This document shows, piece after piece, positions 25,839-40,800 of a stretch of 64,000 bases of DNA. The DNA comes from Lytechinus pictus (taxonomy: Eukaryota), in contig NC_087263.1 in NCBI RefSeq assembly GCF_037042905.1, forward strand, positions 11,534,001 to 11,598,000, written 5' to 3'. Within the stretch, counting starts at the first letter, position 1. Every line of letters begins with the position of its first letter. The notes under the pieces are model-generated. The model did not search any database. It saw only the letters and a list, made by a program, of their open reading frames with translations, and was not told the DNA's origin. A program made the position numbers and the translations under genes.

Positions 25839-28800
25839 ATTATGATTATTAATTATTATTATTATTATTGTTATTATTATCATTATTTATTTGGCAAAGA
25901 AAATTACAAAAAACAATACATTTCAGTATAAGCAATACAAGATAAGAAATATCAACCATTGGAATGCCAGGGACAGAAAAAGTTAACTAAATTACTCTGG
26001 CATATTATTATGTATGTACATCCGGGGGGGGGGGGGGCATTTGATTGACACTTGTCGTCTGACAGATCGGACAAGGATCTGTTGTTTTGATTGACTATTA
26101 AAGAAGTTTCGTTATCTGATTGTTAATATGGTGATCGTAGGAAACTTTAAGGCCCATATTCTGAACTCGGGTTTAACTTAGACCATGGTCTAACTTTGTG
26201 CTAAAATTATGGGAAGCCAAAAATGTCAAAATTTTCCTTTTATTGTTATGTTTCTTATGTTTACTGTGCTCTTACCTAACTCGTGAATGGTGAAGAAAGC
26301 TATCTTATTTATCTTTCTGGAGCAGTTAATGATTTGAGAGAAAAATGAGCAGAAACATTGATATTATACTGATAGAGATTTATGCCATTATTGACTGTCA
26401 CAACTTTAACCCGGAGTTTAACCCTGATACTCCTGGGGTATATCAAAGCATGAACATGATAACTTGAGTTAATTTGAGAGTGAAATTTCTCTTTTTTTTT
26501 CAGTGCTCGTCATTTAGAAGTCCAGCTGCTCGCTGATAAGTATGGGAATGCCATCTCCCTGTTTGGTCGAGACTGTTCCATTCAGCGTCGCCACCAGAAG
26601 ATCATAGAGGAGGCACCGACTTCCATCGCAAGGGATGAAGTCTTTAAACAGATGGAGAAGGTAAAGAAAAGGGGTTACTTACAACATAAGACTTTTTCGC
26701 TAGTTATTGTCATTTTTTTAATGTTTGGCACGAGTTCATGAATACCCCTCCGTCTTGATTGTCTTGATCCAATTTTGGTTATACATGATTACAGACCTGC
26801 CAACCGGTACGTTTTAGGCGTATTTAGTACGTTTTTGCAACCAAAATACGGCAGTACGTTTTTTCTTTAAAAATATGTTTTTTTTAACAAAATCGTAATT
26901 TATTGAGAAAAATCAACTCTATATGTCTCTATTTCATAAAATGTACACAAATATGGTTATTAGATCAATGTAATTTCTGGTAACTTTTTTTTTTTTCAAT
27001 CATTTTGTTAAAACCAAGGTGAAGATATACACATGTTTCAATGTTTTTTTTTCCGTCTGCAAGAGCAGTGCGCATTTTAGCTTGCATGCAGCTTCAACGC
27101 CGCGATGAGCAAGTGCGCCAAGCATTTTATTATGAAATACACTTTTTTGGGGAAAAATACAGTTTTTTTATCACAGAATACAGTTTTTCATTCCCAGAGG
27201 TTGGCAGGTCTGTGATTAGAAAGTCAATAAATAACCCTATACGCTTGCTATGCACCACTTTGTTTTCAAAATGATAAGGTTAAAAGTTATTGCCCTCTCA
27301 ATAACAGAGAGTCGTATACCCTTATGAAAAGTTTGCTGTGCTGAAATAATCATGGGGTGAGGGGAGGTGTAAAAAGATGTAGAACTTAAAAAGAAAGAAG
27401 TTTTATATATAAGTAGAGGTGGGCAATAAATAAGTGATATTTCATGACCAAGTTGGCATATCTCATTTGAATAAGATTTTTTGTCCTGATCAATATGACA
27501 CAACCTTTTTAAGAAAATCGGTTGAAAAATTGGACAGTGTGGGCCTCCCCCCCCCAAAAAAAAGAATGATTTTCAGAAGCATGGCCTAAAAATGCTGAGT
27601 CTTCGTCTTTTGAGAATGGAAAAGTCCTAATTTTCTTAACCCCACTTTAGCCCACCTCTTAAATAAGTTCTTAATTTTTCTCCCTACCCAGGCTGCGGTA
27701 ACTCTAGCCAAGATGGTCGGCTATGTTAGCGCAGGAACCGTGGAATACCTCTACAACGACGAGGATGGCACCTTCTCTTTCCTTGAGCTAAACCCCCGTC
27801 TTCAAGTGGAACATCCCTGTTCGGAGATGGTGGCCGGAGTCAATCTCCCTGCATTACAGCTACAGGTATGTGAATGTTTATAGCCACACAGCAGGCAATG
27901 CTGCACATTATATATGGCTGACGGAGATTCACCCCCAAGTAACCCCCATACCTCCCCCACTCCCCCCCCCCAAAAAAAAAACCGAACAAGAACAAAAGAA
28001 GAACAACAATTTATTTAAGCTCTCACATAATTTTTTCTGTATTTTACCAATAGAATGTGCTGGGTTTTTTTCTAATCAGCTTTGAGAAGTAATATATTAT
28101 TATGTGACAGCTAAGGATGTGAGTTTTCAAACTCACTAAAATTCTCTTTGGACAGCTTGTTGGTTTTAGGGTGACAGGTCATGTCTAAAACTAATTATTT
28201 TTTGTTTCAATGGTTAGGTTGCTATGGGTATTCCCCTTCATCGCATCAAAGATATCAGAGTCCTTTATTCCGAGAGCCCATGGGAGGATACACCAATTAA
28301 CTTTGACAAGTAAGTACATGTAGGCAGACATATTTTTTTTCCAATCAAACTTTGTTTAACCATAGGAAACACATATTTGTGTAAAAAGTTATGATTTTCA
28401 GATTTTTTCATCACTTAAGTGGCATCTCTGCAGAACGATTTGCATTTTCGTTGAAACAAAAGCAGCTCCAAATGTGTCGTTCTACATGTTGCAGTTTTCA
28501 CCAAAAATCAAGTTTCAAATAAATTTTTGAGTTGCATTTTAATTGCAAGTATTTGTGCTATAGTCTAATATATGAGAGAGAGAGAGAGAGATGCAAATTT
28601 GAATCTTCATAGTAATGAAACGGAAATGTCTAGACAAGATATTGGTTACACATGTAGATGCAATTTTTGTATACTGGAAAAATATGTGCATCAAAAAAAA
28701 AGATAGAAAATAGTGGCAAACAGCAGTTGGCCCCTAAAGTGTCCCCCCCCCAAAAAAAAAAAAAAGTTGCAAAAATAGCCTTTACAAATTGGCAGGGGTG

Positions 28801-31800
28801 CAATAAGAAATCAAAATTATAACTAGGTATAAGCTAATGTTGGATAATAGCCCACGTACCGTACATATTTGACTTGCATTCTAATCATTTTTTCCCTCCC
28901 AATTTTCTCTGTAGCCCTCCCATACCCCCATCACCCAAGGGTCATGTGATTGCCTGTAGAATCACCAGTGAAAATCCAGATGAGGTAAATTGAGCTTTTT
29001 TTCCCCATTTCCTTTCATCTTAGAGAAAAAATTTTAACAAATAAGATTTCACTTATTGATTATTCTGTAGTTACAGCATATAGAAGATTTAAGAATTTGG
29101 AGTTTTTTTCTCTTTGTTTTTCCTTGGAAAAACCATGTAACTAATAAGAAATCAGTTATCTAACATTCTGTTTGAACATCATCTACTACATTTTGAAGTG
29201 CAAAAGAATATTTTCTTTAAAGACTTTTACACATTTATTAAGAACTATCATCTCTCTGAGTAGTGAAGGATTTCAAATTTTAAGACATGCTGTAACTTGT
29301 TTTTTTAAAGAAAAATTCGCAAAGGAAATTTGAGAATGTGTATAAACAAGTATAGTGTTGGCACATCTAGCAAAAAAAAAAAAAAGAAGAAAAAAAAATC
29401 AGGAGGAATAGTCTAACTATTTGGGATTGTTTGATAACTTTAAAAACTCATGGTGTATTTTAAATGTGTTTCATATTGCAATCTCGTCATTAATCAAATC
29501 CTTGATAACATAATTTTTTCTCTGTCCTTTTGTATGTTTTTATTTATCTCTCTGTTTGTTTGTCTGTCTGTGTGTCTATATATTTGTCTCTCCCCCTCCC
29601 TCTCTCTTTCTCTCCCTGTTCCCCTCTCATTATCCAATTTCCTCACTTTCCTCTCTGTGGCTCATTTGTCTTCCTGTTTTTTTTGTCTTTCCTTCTCCCT
29701 CTCTCTCTTTGTCTCTCCAGGGCTTCAAACCCAGCGCCGGTACGGTCTCGGAACTGAACTTCCGCAGCAGCAAGAACGTCTGGGGTTACTTCAGCGTGGC
29801 AGCTGCAGGAGGGCTCCATGAGTTTGCCGATTCTCAATTTGGCCATTGCTTCTCATGGGGGGAGGACAGAGAAGATGCCAGAGAGTAAGGACATGTTTGC
29901 ATTTTCTGTTTGAGGGCAGGATCAGCAGTTTGAATCATATAAATTTCATTTCTGTATTTTATATTTTGCTTTAAATTGTTAATTTTGTTGAAGTTAAAAT
30001 GAAAAAGAATAAATAGTCAATCGATTCTTCGATCAATCAATCAGTCAGTCAGTCAATCCATCAACCAACCAATTAATCAGTCAGTCAGTCAAGGACGTTA
30101 ATCAAGCGCATTTGAATGCAAATTTCATCATTTGTCGAGATTTGAATAAAATTTAAGAAATTTTACTGCTGCTATTTTTTACCAGGAAAATGATATAGAA
30201 CCTCACAAAAAAAAAATCACTAGGTGTGCGTTAATTAATGTATAAGTAACAAACAGCTTTATGAAATGCCCTCATTCTGACTTCTTATATCTCTGCCAGA
30301 TCATGTGTTGTCAATTGAGAAAACTCCTACTTGCATGGTTTCAATTGATACTTTATGCATCTGACCTACATGTACATGTAATATCAATTAACTCATTGAG
30401 TGCTTCGTGCACGCTACGTATCCTACTATAACATGCCACACTCGTGCTCGCACGCCTACTATTGATTGCTTTGTGCTTGCATTGTTTCCTACCCTCGCCT
30501 GCTTCGTGCATGACTGCGCACATTCGGAATTACAATCATTGTTACGCCGTTTTGCATTGTGTTGCGCATCGCATGCACGCCGTAATTAGCACTATTGTGT
30601 ACAGCGCGAACTTTGCTTTCTGACAGATCAACTTACTCACGCAGTTTACATTAGACTTTTACGAGTATTTCTACATTTTTTTACAAGATATGGCTCCGCC
30701 TCCGAGAGGGAAGAGACCTAGGTTTTTTGATCCATACAAAACACTCCACAAAATGGAATTACTTGATACAACTCATATTTCAGCGGTAAAGATAATAACC
30801 CATCCATATAATAAGGACACCATTATAAGGGGTATGAAATTTCCTACAACTTTACTACACAATATTTTGTGGATAAACTAATCGTTAGAGAGTTACAAGC
30901 AATTGTAATCATGACTATTGAAAGGAGTGAATACGACTCGCGATCCCAAAATCAATGTGGCACAGGGGGGTTTTGTGGCTGGCACAGGGGATTAGCATCG
31001 GATTAGCACTGTGGCGTTGTGTTAGTAGTGTGTATGGCATGTTAAGAGTTAAGGACTTCTAATGCATGCTTTTAATCTCTGCTTTGACAGGAATATGGTG
31101 GTCGCCCTGAAAGAGCTCTCAATCAGGGGTGACTTCAGAACGACGGTGGAATACCTGATCATGTTGTTAGAGACGGATTCCTTTCAGATGAATGACTTCA
31201 ACACTGCCTGGCTGGACAGGCTCATAGCAGAAAAAGTCCAGGTAAGTCCACATTTCGGGATTGATTGTCATGCTGAACGAAGTGATAGTCAGAAATGATT
31301 TTGTAGTAATCATGGGATATTGGGATGCATGAGCGCTGAAAGGCAGCTCGAGCTAAAGCCGGGGTAATAATTATAATAACAACGCGCCTCGGAATATAAT
31401 ATTTCTCGATAGATGGCGCTATATAAATGCCTATTATTATTATTATAATACTGGCATTGCTCTTAGTGTCTTCCAACTAGAATTCCACTCTGTCAAAGAA
31501 TCAATTCCTGATGATATGAAATAAAAGGACTCAAAGTAGAAACTCTTTATCATGACTCTCTGATAACTTCACATTTGAGAATTAATTATAAATTCAAGTG
31601 ACAAAGTTTTCTTGCTACAATCATATATCAATCCAAATGGCTAGTATTTTTTCCAGTTAAAATCATGAAACAATAATATAATTCATTTGATTGTTTTTGC
31701 AGGAAAAGAAACTTGACCTCTTTATTTAGTGTGGTCAAGAATTTATTTGCATTGCTATTTTTTTATACTTCAAGTAATTGCCGTCACCAGCTCAGAAATT

Positions 31801-34800
31801 GAACCCCATCTTTGTTGTCACCATAGGGTTTACTTGCATTGCTCTTTCTCTTTTCTGATTTGAGATAAAAGAATACTTTCTTATTGAACTCTTTTCACAG
31901 GCAGAGAAACCAGACCCAATGCTTGGCGTGATCATCGGGTCCATTCACATCGCCGACGCGTCCATTCATGATAGCTTCTCCAACTACCTCACCAATCTTG
32001 AAAGGTATGTATCCGAAGGGTTCCATGACATTTGCTCTGGCGACAATTGCTCTTCCCTTAATTTCACACACTAATCGATTGACCAACTTCAACCCTTGGC
32101 TTATAAACACGATACCCTACCTAAACCAAACATTAAACCCTATTGCAACCCTAAACCTAACCCCGCATCTGAGGAGCAGTTGTCGCAGGAGGAAATGTTG
32201 TACATGTACCACCATCAGGAGAAAAATATAGTATTGTCCGAAAGGGGATGCGTTTCAGTATGCACTGTGGTTTATGCCAATTGATACTATGTAATGAACC
32301 CAGTAGCAATTCACACCAATCTTAAATCCATAATGGCTTTACTGCTTAAACAGTGTTCATGTGGTATTCAAAATCTGTGTTGGGTTATTCTTACATGTAT
32401 ATTCATTAACATTTAGACCAACTTTGTCGTATTTTCTAGTCTGAATTCACGTCATTATGGACAAAGTTATGACTAAAACCATTGCTGTTGTGTATTCACA
32501 GAGGACAGGTCTTACCGGTCAGCACCCTTAGCAACACCAGGGAGGTGGACCTCATCCACGAGGGCAACAAGTACGTCACCGAGGTGACGAGACAGGGTCC
32601 CAACAGCTACCATCTGTGCCTCAACAAGTCAACGGTAGAGGCAGAGATTCATCGGATGCCAGATGGAGGTCTCCTGGTCTCCTACGACGGCAGCAGCTAC
32701 ACGTCTTATCTCAAGGAACAGGTTGATAGGTAAGAGGAAACAAGATTTTTTCATTCCAATTTTGGACCGTTGTGGCCCAGTGGATTAGTCTTCTGACTTT
32801 GAAACAGAGGGTCGTGGGTTCGAATCCCAGCCATGGCGTAATTTCCTTCACCAAGAAATGTATCCACATTGTGCTGCACTCAACCCAGGTGAGGTGAGAG
32901 GGTACCTGGCAGAATTAATTCCTTGAATGCACTGAGCGCTGAAAAGCAGCTCGAGCTAAAGATGGGGTAATAATAATAATAATAAACAATGCGCCTCGGA
33001 ATAGATTATTTCTAGATAGATGGCGCTATATAAATGCCTATTATTATTATTAATTCATTAATTAATTTAGTCAAAGTAAAAAACATATTACTCATTCCAA
33101 AATAAAATAATTGCAATAAATACAAATAAAAAAGAAACAAGTTGGAGCGTTACATTCAAAGTGGAGGGACCTAAAGTAAGGCAAGAGCGTGTTGTGAATT
33201 GGCCCTTAACAAATAATTTATGCATATTCATCGACAGCTGACAAAAGGGGAAGGAAAATAGAGCTGAGCTCGGAGAAAGTAAAAGTAAAGCTTTTAGAGG
33301 GAGTCTGAGTCCACCCTAACATCAAGTTGATTGTTATTAATTAATAAGTGCAGAATAAATGCAGTAAAAGAGAAAAAAAATATGCAGAAAAAGGAAATAA
33401 AAAGGAAAAGGATTTTTTTACTCAAAATTAAGAGGCCAGGTTGTTAGGTCAGAGGAAACAAAACCATCAAGTTTCCAATATCATGAATTTGAATCATAGA
33501 GGCTGGTATTCCGAACTCTAGTTTAATTTCAATTCAAATAAGTATTTCTTTTTAATTCATGAAAAAAAGAAAATGATTTCAATAACCTCATGTACAGACA
33601 GGAGACAATGAAAAATGTCAATGAAACATCAACAAAAACAAACAGAAGTTAAAATGAAAGTAGAGTTTGCCTATTGATATAAAAGTGATACGGTTGGAAA
33701 TCAATGAGTGGAAAGTGGGCATGTATTCAGAGTGTTTTGATTAACATACAAAATAAGTGATGATAAAAGTGGAGTTTGCACATGCTTGTATAAAAAAAGA
33801 GTAGGAAATTAAATGAGTGGAAAAAGGCATGTGCTCAGAATGTTTTCAACAATCATTACCTATACCTCCGCCATCTTGTATCTCCATAGTTACCGCATCA
33901 CCATCGGTATTCAGACCTGCATCTTTGAGAAGGAGAATGATCCCACTGTCCTGCGCTCTCCATCGGCAGGCAAGCTCATCAACTTTGTGGTGGAGGACGG
34001 AGGTCATGTATACGCGGGTCAGCCGTACGCTGAGATCGAGGTGATGAAGATGGTGATGAGTCTTAGGGTCAACGAGACTGGATGGTAAGGAAGATTTTGG
34101 TTTTGGTGATGATGTTGAGGAGGAGGATGGTGATGAAGATGATGATGATGATGATGATGGTGATAAAGATGATAATGATGAGGATGATGATGGTGAGGAA
34201 GATGATAATGGTGAAGATGATGATGATGAGGAGGATGATGATGATGATAATAATGAGGATGATGATGGTGAGGAAGATGATAATGGTGAAGATGATGATG
34301 ATGAGGAGGATGATGATGAGGAGGATGATGGTGATGATGATGGAGGAGGATGATGGTGATGATGAGGATGATGATGATTGTAATGATGATGATGAACGAT
34401 GATGAAAGTGGTGGTGATGATGATGGTTATGAGGAGGATGATGGTGGTGATAATGAAAAAAGATGGTAGCGTGAGGATTATAAGATTGTGACGATGATGA
34501 TAAATATACATGGATTTGCACGTACATAAAGAGTGTTTGATTTTAAAGAAATTATCCCTCCTGTCATACAGCATCCATTATGTAAAGCGTCCAGGAGCCG
34601 TCCTTGACCAAGGGAGTGTTGTGGCCAAACTGGAGCTTGATGACCCAAGTAGAGTCCAAAAGGTATTTTCAATACATTTTAGTTATTACATGTACATACA
34701 GAAAGTGATTTACTTCAGCATACCAAGTCATCAATATTGGTTTAGGTTTTGGTCTTACATGTAATTGTGGGATAGTTCAATTGATTTCAAATAAATTCAG

Positions 34801-37800
34801 TTATTTCTTATAGTTTTTTTCAATTGGAAAGTAGTTTTGAAATCATGATTAGCGTAACGAAGGTTCATTTAGTATAGATGAGAAGTGGGAAAGTAAGGTT
34901 CAGGGTTCGAATCCCAATGCAGCACTCAGCAGCATCCATTGGCGACGTATTTATCTAAATTTGCGACTCGCCATCCAGGTTTAGTAAATGGGTACCCTGT
35001 AGGTCGAAATTCCTTGAATGCTTGAGCGACTGATCAGGGTAATTATGCTTAAGCGGGGTCGATATCTTTGTCATGTTAAGCAGGGGTTTCATGACATTTG
35101 CTCCGGCGACAATTGCTCCGATGGAAAATCTGCATGTTAAGCCAAACATAAAACCTAACCTCCAAAACTAAATAAACCCTAATCCTTATCTTTACATTAT
35201 TCTGAATCAAAAACTTCATTACAATCCTAACTCTAAAAATATGCCCTCTGAGATATGAAGACCGGAGCAAATGTTGCAGGAGCATATGTTGTGTCCCCAA
35301 TCAGGGCCCGCTAAGAAAACAGATTTTTCTGAAACTGAAGTGGCTACCCTTGGTTGAATATTAAAAAAACACTATCATTGTTATTATGTTGTTGTTGTGA
35401 TTAGCAAGTTTACATGATTGCATCGGGGAGGGACTCCAAAACATACATGTACTATATGCATTGAAAATGCCCGTCAAATCACGATGAACAGCTCTTTGTC
35501 AAAAATTGGTAAACTAGGACAGCATATCGTCCTAAGATTCGGAACTGACGAAATATTGCAAATACCTTGTTTATCCAGAGTCATGAGCGAAACTGCTTTT
35601 TTGATAAACTGATTTTTGACAAAGTCGCTTTGTCAAGAAGGTCTTTTGACAATAGATTATCTACGCTCCAGAAAGCATCTGCAAAGTGGTTGCAAAAATT
35701 CTTAAAGGGATGTCCGGGCTGAAAGTATTTATAGCTTAATAAATAGAGTAGAATTCACTGAGCAAAATGCTGAAAATTTCATCAAAATCGGATAACAAAT
35801 AACAAAGTTATTGAATTTTAAAGTTAAGCAATATTTTGTGAAAACAGTCATGAATATTCATTAGGTGGGCTGATGATGTCACATCCCCACTTGCTTTTTT
35901 GTATTTTATAATATGAAATTAGGTTTATTCAAATTTTTTCCTCCAAGAACTAGAAAAATTGGATTGAAAACTGATTTAGTGCATTAGATATTTATTGCTG
36001 CAACTTATTTCATTATAAGGAGACATATTATTCACACAAGTATGAAATAATGAAAAAATTATGATTTTATGTAATAACATAAGAAAAAGGAAAGTGGAGA
36101 TGTGACATCATCAGCCCACCTAATGAATACTCATGACGACTGTTTTCACAAAATATTGCTGAATTTTAAACTTCAATAACTTTATTATTTGTTATCCGAT
36201 TTTGATGAAATTTTCGGCATTTTGCTCAGTTAATTCTACTCTATGTATTAAGATATAAATATTTTCAGCCCGGACCATCCCTTTAATATTATTATTGTAA
36301 CCTTGCTTTTGTATCTTTTAGGCCCAACTGTACACAGGGAAGTTCCCGGAGGCCACCAATCCCCAGAATGCTGGGCTGAAACTCAACCAGATGTTCAGGA
36401 AGACCAGAGAATCTGTGGAGAACATCATGAATGGATACTGCCTCCAGGAACCACACTTCAGCAAAAAGGTGAGATGTTTCAAATGGCATGCCAGCCGTGT
36501 GTCTGGTCTACAGTGTACATCCAAGCAGTGATATACAAATATTGACTACTCAAGAGGGCAATAGTAAAATCTATTGCCCCCCAAATGATCTTGATACTAA
36601 AGGCCTACTGTTTTCCCGGAGACCAAAGCCGTGTGTCTGGTCTACAGTGGACGGCAGTGGTCGGGCCCAACCGGCACAAAATGAAAAAAACACTGCTTCC
36701 ATCCACAACAAGCTGTGGAATAGCCTTCCTGAAGACATTAAAAAAATGTACCTCTGTCGAAACTTTCAAAAATCTTCTAAAACCTTTTTTATTTAACTCT
36801 TAGCTCTTTATGTGCCTTGAGCACTCTACAGAGTGGATTTGGCGCTTTATAAGTCACATTATTATTATTATTATTACATGTAAGTTTCAAATGAGAAGTG
36901 TTTCAAAACTAACTCCTTGCAAAGAGGAATTGATGAACTTGTGTTAATTTCCATCCTTGATTTTGTTTTATTTGCATGATTTACATTGAACATTCTTATA
37001 TTTGATAAATACAATGTATCACTCTATTTTCAAAGATTTGCTAATAATGTCAGATTGTTATTACATTGACACAAAAAAACTTTGTAATGCCGTGAAATAG
37101 CGACCACCTCTAAAATGGGTCTAGCTAGATCACTGCTGGTCTTTATCCAAGCAATGATATACAAATATTGACTAATCAAGAGGGCAATAGTAAAATATAT
37201 TGCCCCCAAGTGATCTTGATACTAAAGGTCTACTATTTTCCCAGGGACCAGTAATGATAAAGATGATGTTGATAATAATTTACCTATGAATGAGTTTCAA
37301 CAACAGTTCCCAGTTTGTTAACCTCCAAAAAACTGTTTTTGTCTCCTTCTAGTGTAATACCATCACAGATAAGTTAATGACATCATTGAGAGACCCCGTC
37401 CTCCCTCTTCTTGAGATGCAAGAGATGATAGCGAGCATCTCTGGGCGTGTCCCTAACACAGTGGAAGCGGACATCAGGAGACTTCTCAACAACTACTCAA
37501 GCAATATCACATCTGTCCTCTGCCAGTTTCCAAGTCAACAGGTATGTATTCTGCATTTTTTATACTGTCGAACCTGTCTTAGTGGCTACCTGTCTAATAT
37601 GGCCAGTGGTCACTCATTTTGCATCCCTTGGTCAATAGCAGAACTCCTATCGTTGAAGGCAGCTTAGAAAAGGCTGTATTTTAAAAATATAGCAATGGTG
37701 GCAGTCTCATATTGTCTGAAAACAGTCTCTTGATTCCTGTGAAGAACTATTTCAAGGCAAAAGAAGGTTGCTACTCATGTTATAATTCTAAAAATCTAGC

Positions 37801-40800
37801 TTATTGTGAGCTGTCATCAAAATATTAAATATCAAATATATTGAATATTATGTAAGCCAAGCCACGACCTGCATTTTACATGTACCTTTAACCAATAAAC
37901 TACTGAAAACTGGGTAGTCAATGTACAAAGCAAATGGAAATTGCTGAGTTCAGTAGTCAACATTTTAATATATTTCACTTATCTTTATCTCTCATTTGAC
38001 CAGATTGCCAATGTATTGGATCGCTATGCAGCTACCATGCTGCAGAAGAAAGCTGACAGAGACACTTTCTTTATGCACACTCAGGGCATCGTGCAACTTG
38101 TACAACGGTGAGTGATTTGATCCCGTCCAAACTTGCCCGTTTTCCCAAACCAATCATTGAAGGCCACCGGATGCCCTATGAGGAGAATTTCATGAAACAA
38201 AATGTTAATGATTTTCACTGACTATTTTGTTCTGAGCCAATCAGATACAAGGGTTTTAGTAGCTTATAACATATATGGTGAAAATAAGTGACTATTTGTG
38301 TCACGAATTTCCCTGTCTCTAGAGTAAGACCTAGATAAGATTAAAATAATTGAGGAGTCAATCCTGTTTTTAATTATTTTTTTGAGCTGAAAATACTGAT
38401 AATGGTAATCTCTTGATTAATTACGGAAGAGAGATATCATCAGGTTCACAGCATACCTGTATTCATGATAATAAACTGTTTCTCCTAAATAATGAAATCT
38501 TGTGACGTAAATTTGTTATATTCCATCTGACTTTGATGGAATATAGTTATGGAATCCAGTGTGTTGCCTTTCATTCCATTTAATCAGCTTTTACTAGATC
38601 TTAGGCCTGGAACCAGTTTAATGCAAATACATGTATACCTCAATAACATATTTTGATCATCACCTTCCGCAGCTATCGTAACGGGATCCGGGGCCACATG
38701 AAGGCCATTATCCAGGAGCTGCTCCGGCATTACCTGGACGTGGAGAAACGGTTCCAGCATGGCCCGTACGACAAGTGCGTCTTTGCGCTGAGGGACGAGT
38801 TCAAGGGGGACATGTCAACGGTCTTCAACATCATCTATTCTCATTCCCAAATTCAGAATAAGAACAAGCTCGTCGTAGGCCTCATTGTTAGTACTTATGT
38901 AGCAGTTGATGTGGTTAAATAGCACACAATAAATGTTCGCCCATATTCTGACTCCCGCCTACATGTAACTAAGATTCCCCAGTTTTTAGGGATACAGAAG
39001 GCAGAAAAAGAAGCATGCAGTTCACGTAGAACATGGAATTCACAGAACTTTGTGGAAAAAACAATTTTCCAGGCCCCAAAAAATGAAGTACGAAAGAATA
39101 AACTGAAAATCAAAGTAGAATCCAATGAAACAAATTGCATATTAAATTGAAAATCTGGTCATCAAACCTTGTGGTGTTTGTCAAGTTTTTTCTGTATGAA
39201 AGCATTTTTATAAAACATTTTTATTATTTACACTTACATGTACACTTTTATGTTACATGTATGTTATGTAAATGTCATAAAACAACACGATATATGATGT
39301 TAAGATCACCAGTCAGAGTATAATTACGAAACTGACATTTTTATTATTATTAATATTATTTGTTTGGCGTCACCTGTGCCTGGGAGGCGAAAAGTGAACT
39401 GAATCAGTATGATCCGCAGATCTCTCCTCGGTGTTTAGAAAACAGAAAACTTGAGTCTTTAGACCTTTAGTATTGAATAGCAAGGTTATACCCTCCTACT
39501 GATCCATCTACAAAAAATGGTTATAAATTAAATATATTGATAAGTTATGAAACAGTTGCTATCTCCTTCATATTGAATAGAAAGGTTAAGCCTCCAACTG
39601 ATCTTTCTACATATTCTGTACCTTCCTCGAAAGCATCAAATTATCTCATGAATAATAGAATCATATATGATTTTCCAAACTGCTTTGATCTCTTGTAGGA
39701 CCGGTTGAGCAGCCGTGAATCTGGTCTGACCGACGAGCTCACCCAAATCCTCAGTGAGCTGACCACTCTCAACAAAACCGACAACTCCAAGGTGGCGCTG
39801 CGATCGCGCCAGGCCCTGATCGCCGCCCACCAGCCATCCTACGAACTCCGTCACAACCAAGTGGAGTCCATTTTCCTGTCTGCCATCGACATGTATGGAC
39901 ACCAGTACTGTCCAGATAGTCTCAAGGTTTGTTAACATTTTCTACATCTGGAAGTCAAATTGTAAGGATTAGGTGAAACATCACTGAAATATTATGAATT
40001 TGTCTACTAAACATTTGCTCATGTGACACTTGCTCTGGTCTTAATATCTCAGAGGGCATAGGGTTAGAGTTAGGATCGTAACAGGGTTTTTGGTTTAGAG
40101 TAATTTAAAGATAAGGATTAGGGTTTATTTAGTTTAGGAGGTAAGGTTTTATGTTTATTTTAATATGCAGATTTTCCATTGGAGTATTTGTCGCGGGAGC
40201 AAATATCATGTAACCAATTTTGACACCCATTCAATCTCTGCCATTCTACTGCAATGCTGTTCAATGCTTTGATAAAAAAAGATCTACATGACTGTTGAAT
40301 GTTTCTTTTATTAGTTTCAAGTTCTCAATTTCTGTTACATTTATGTATACATGAATAGAGATGAGTAAGACACCGTTGGAAATCGGAAAGAAAATATTAT
40401 AACGTGATTCTGCCCTCTTAAATATACATTTCTATACAATAATAAAATCACTATGGAAATTACTTATCAGAGAAATCAATTTGGGAGGTTGGAGAGCCGT
40501 GATATTTGAAATAATTTCATAGATTAAAAGAATAAGGAATCTTATAGATAATTTATGATTTAATATTGATGGCTTAAATACTCATGCTGCAAAGATTGCT
40601 TTTCTGCACATCAGGTGGTTCGTATTATGAGTCAATGTACTTGTACATGTCCATGTTTTCTGATATCAACTATGTATTCATGATGGCACCTACATTGATT
40701 TTTTATCTCAAAGTGTGCAGTATAAAACTTACATGAGTGTGTACAGCTTATTGTTGATGTTTTCAATTTCTTTCCTTCATTTAGAAACTGATTATGTCCG

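Noticed and set aside
32764..32836. tRNA gene candidates here and at ~50050-50108 and ~42655
   Set aside because: Acceptor stems pair poorly, and the sequence continues into SINE bodies with simple-repeat tails.
33846..34574. Long poly-S/H/M/D/I ORFs here and at 25509-25931, 51392-51806, 54971-55183 and 61257-61553
   Set aside because: They are translations of intronic trinucleotide microsatellites or antisense of ACC exons.
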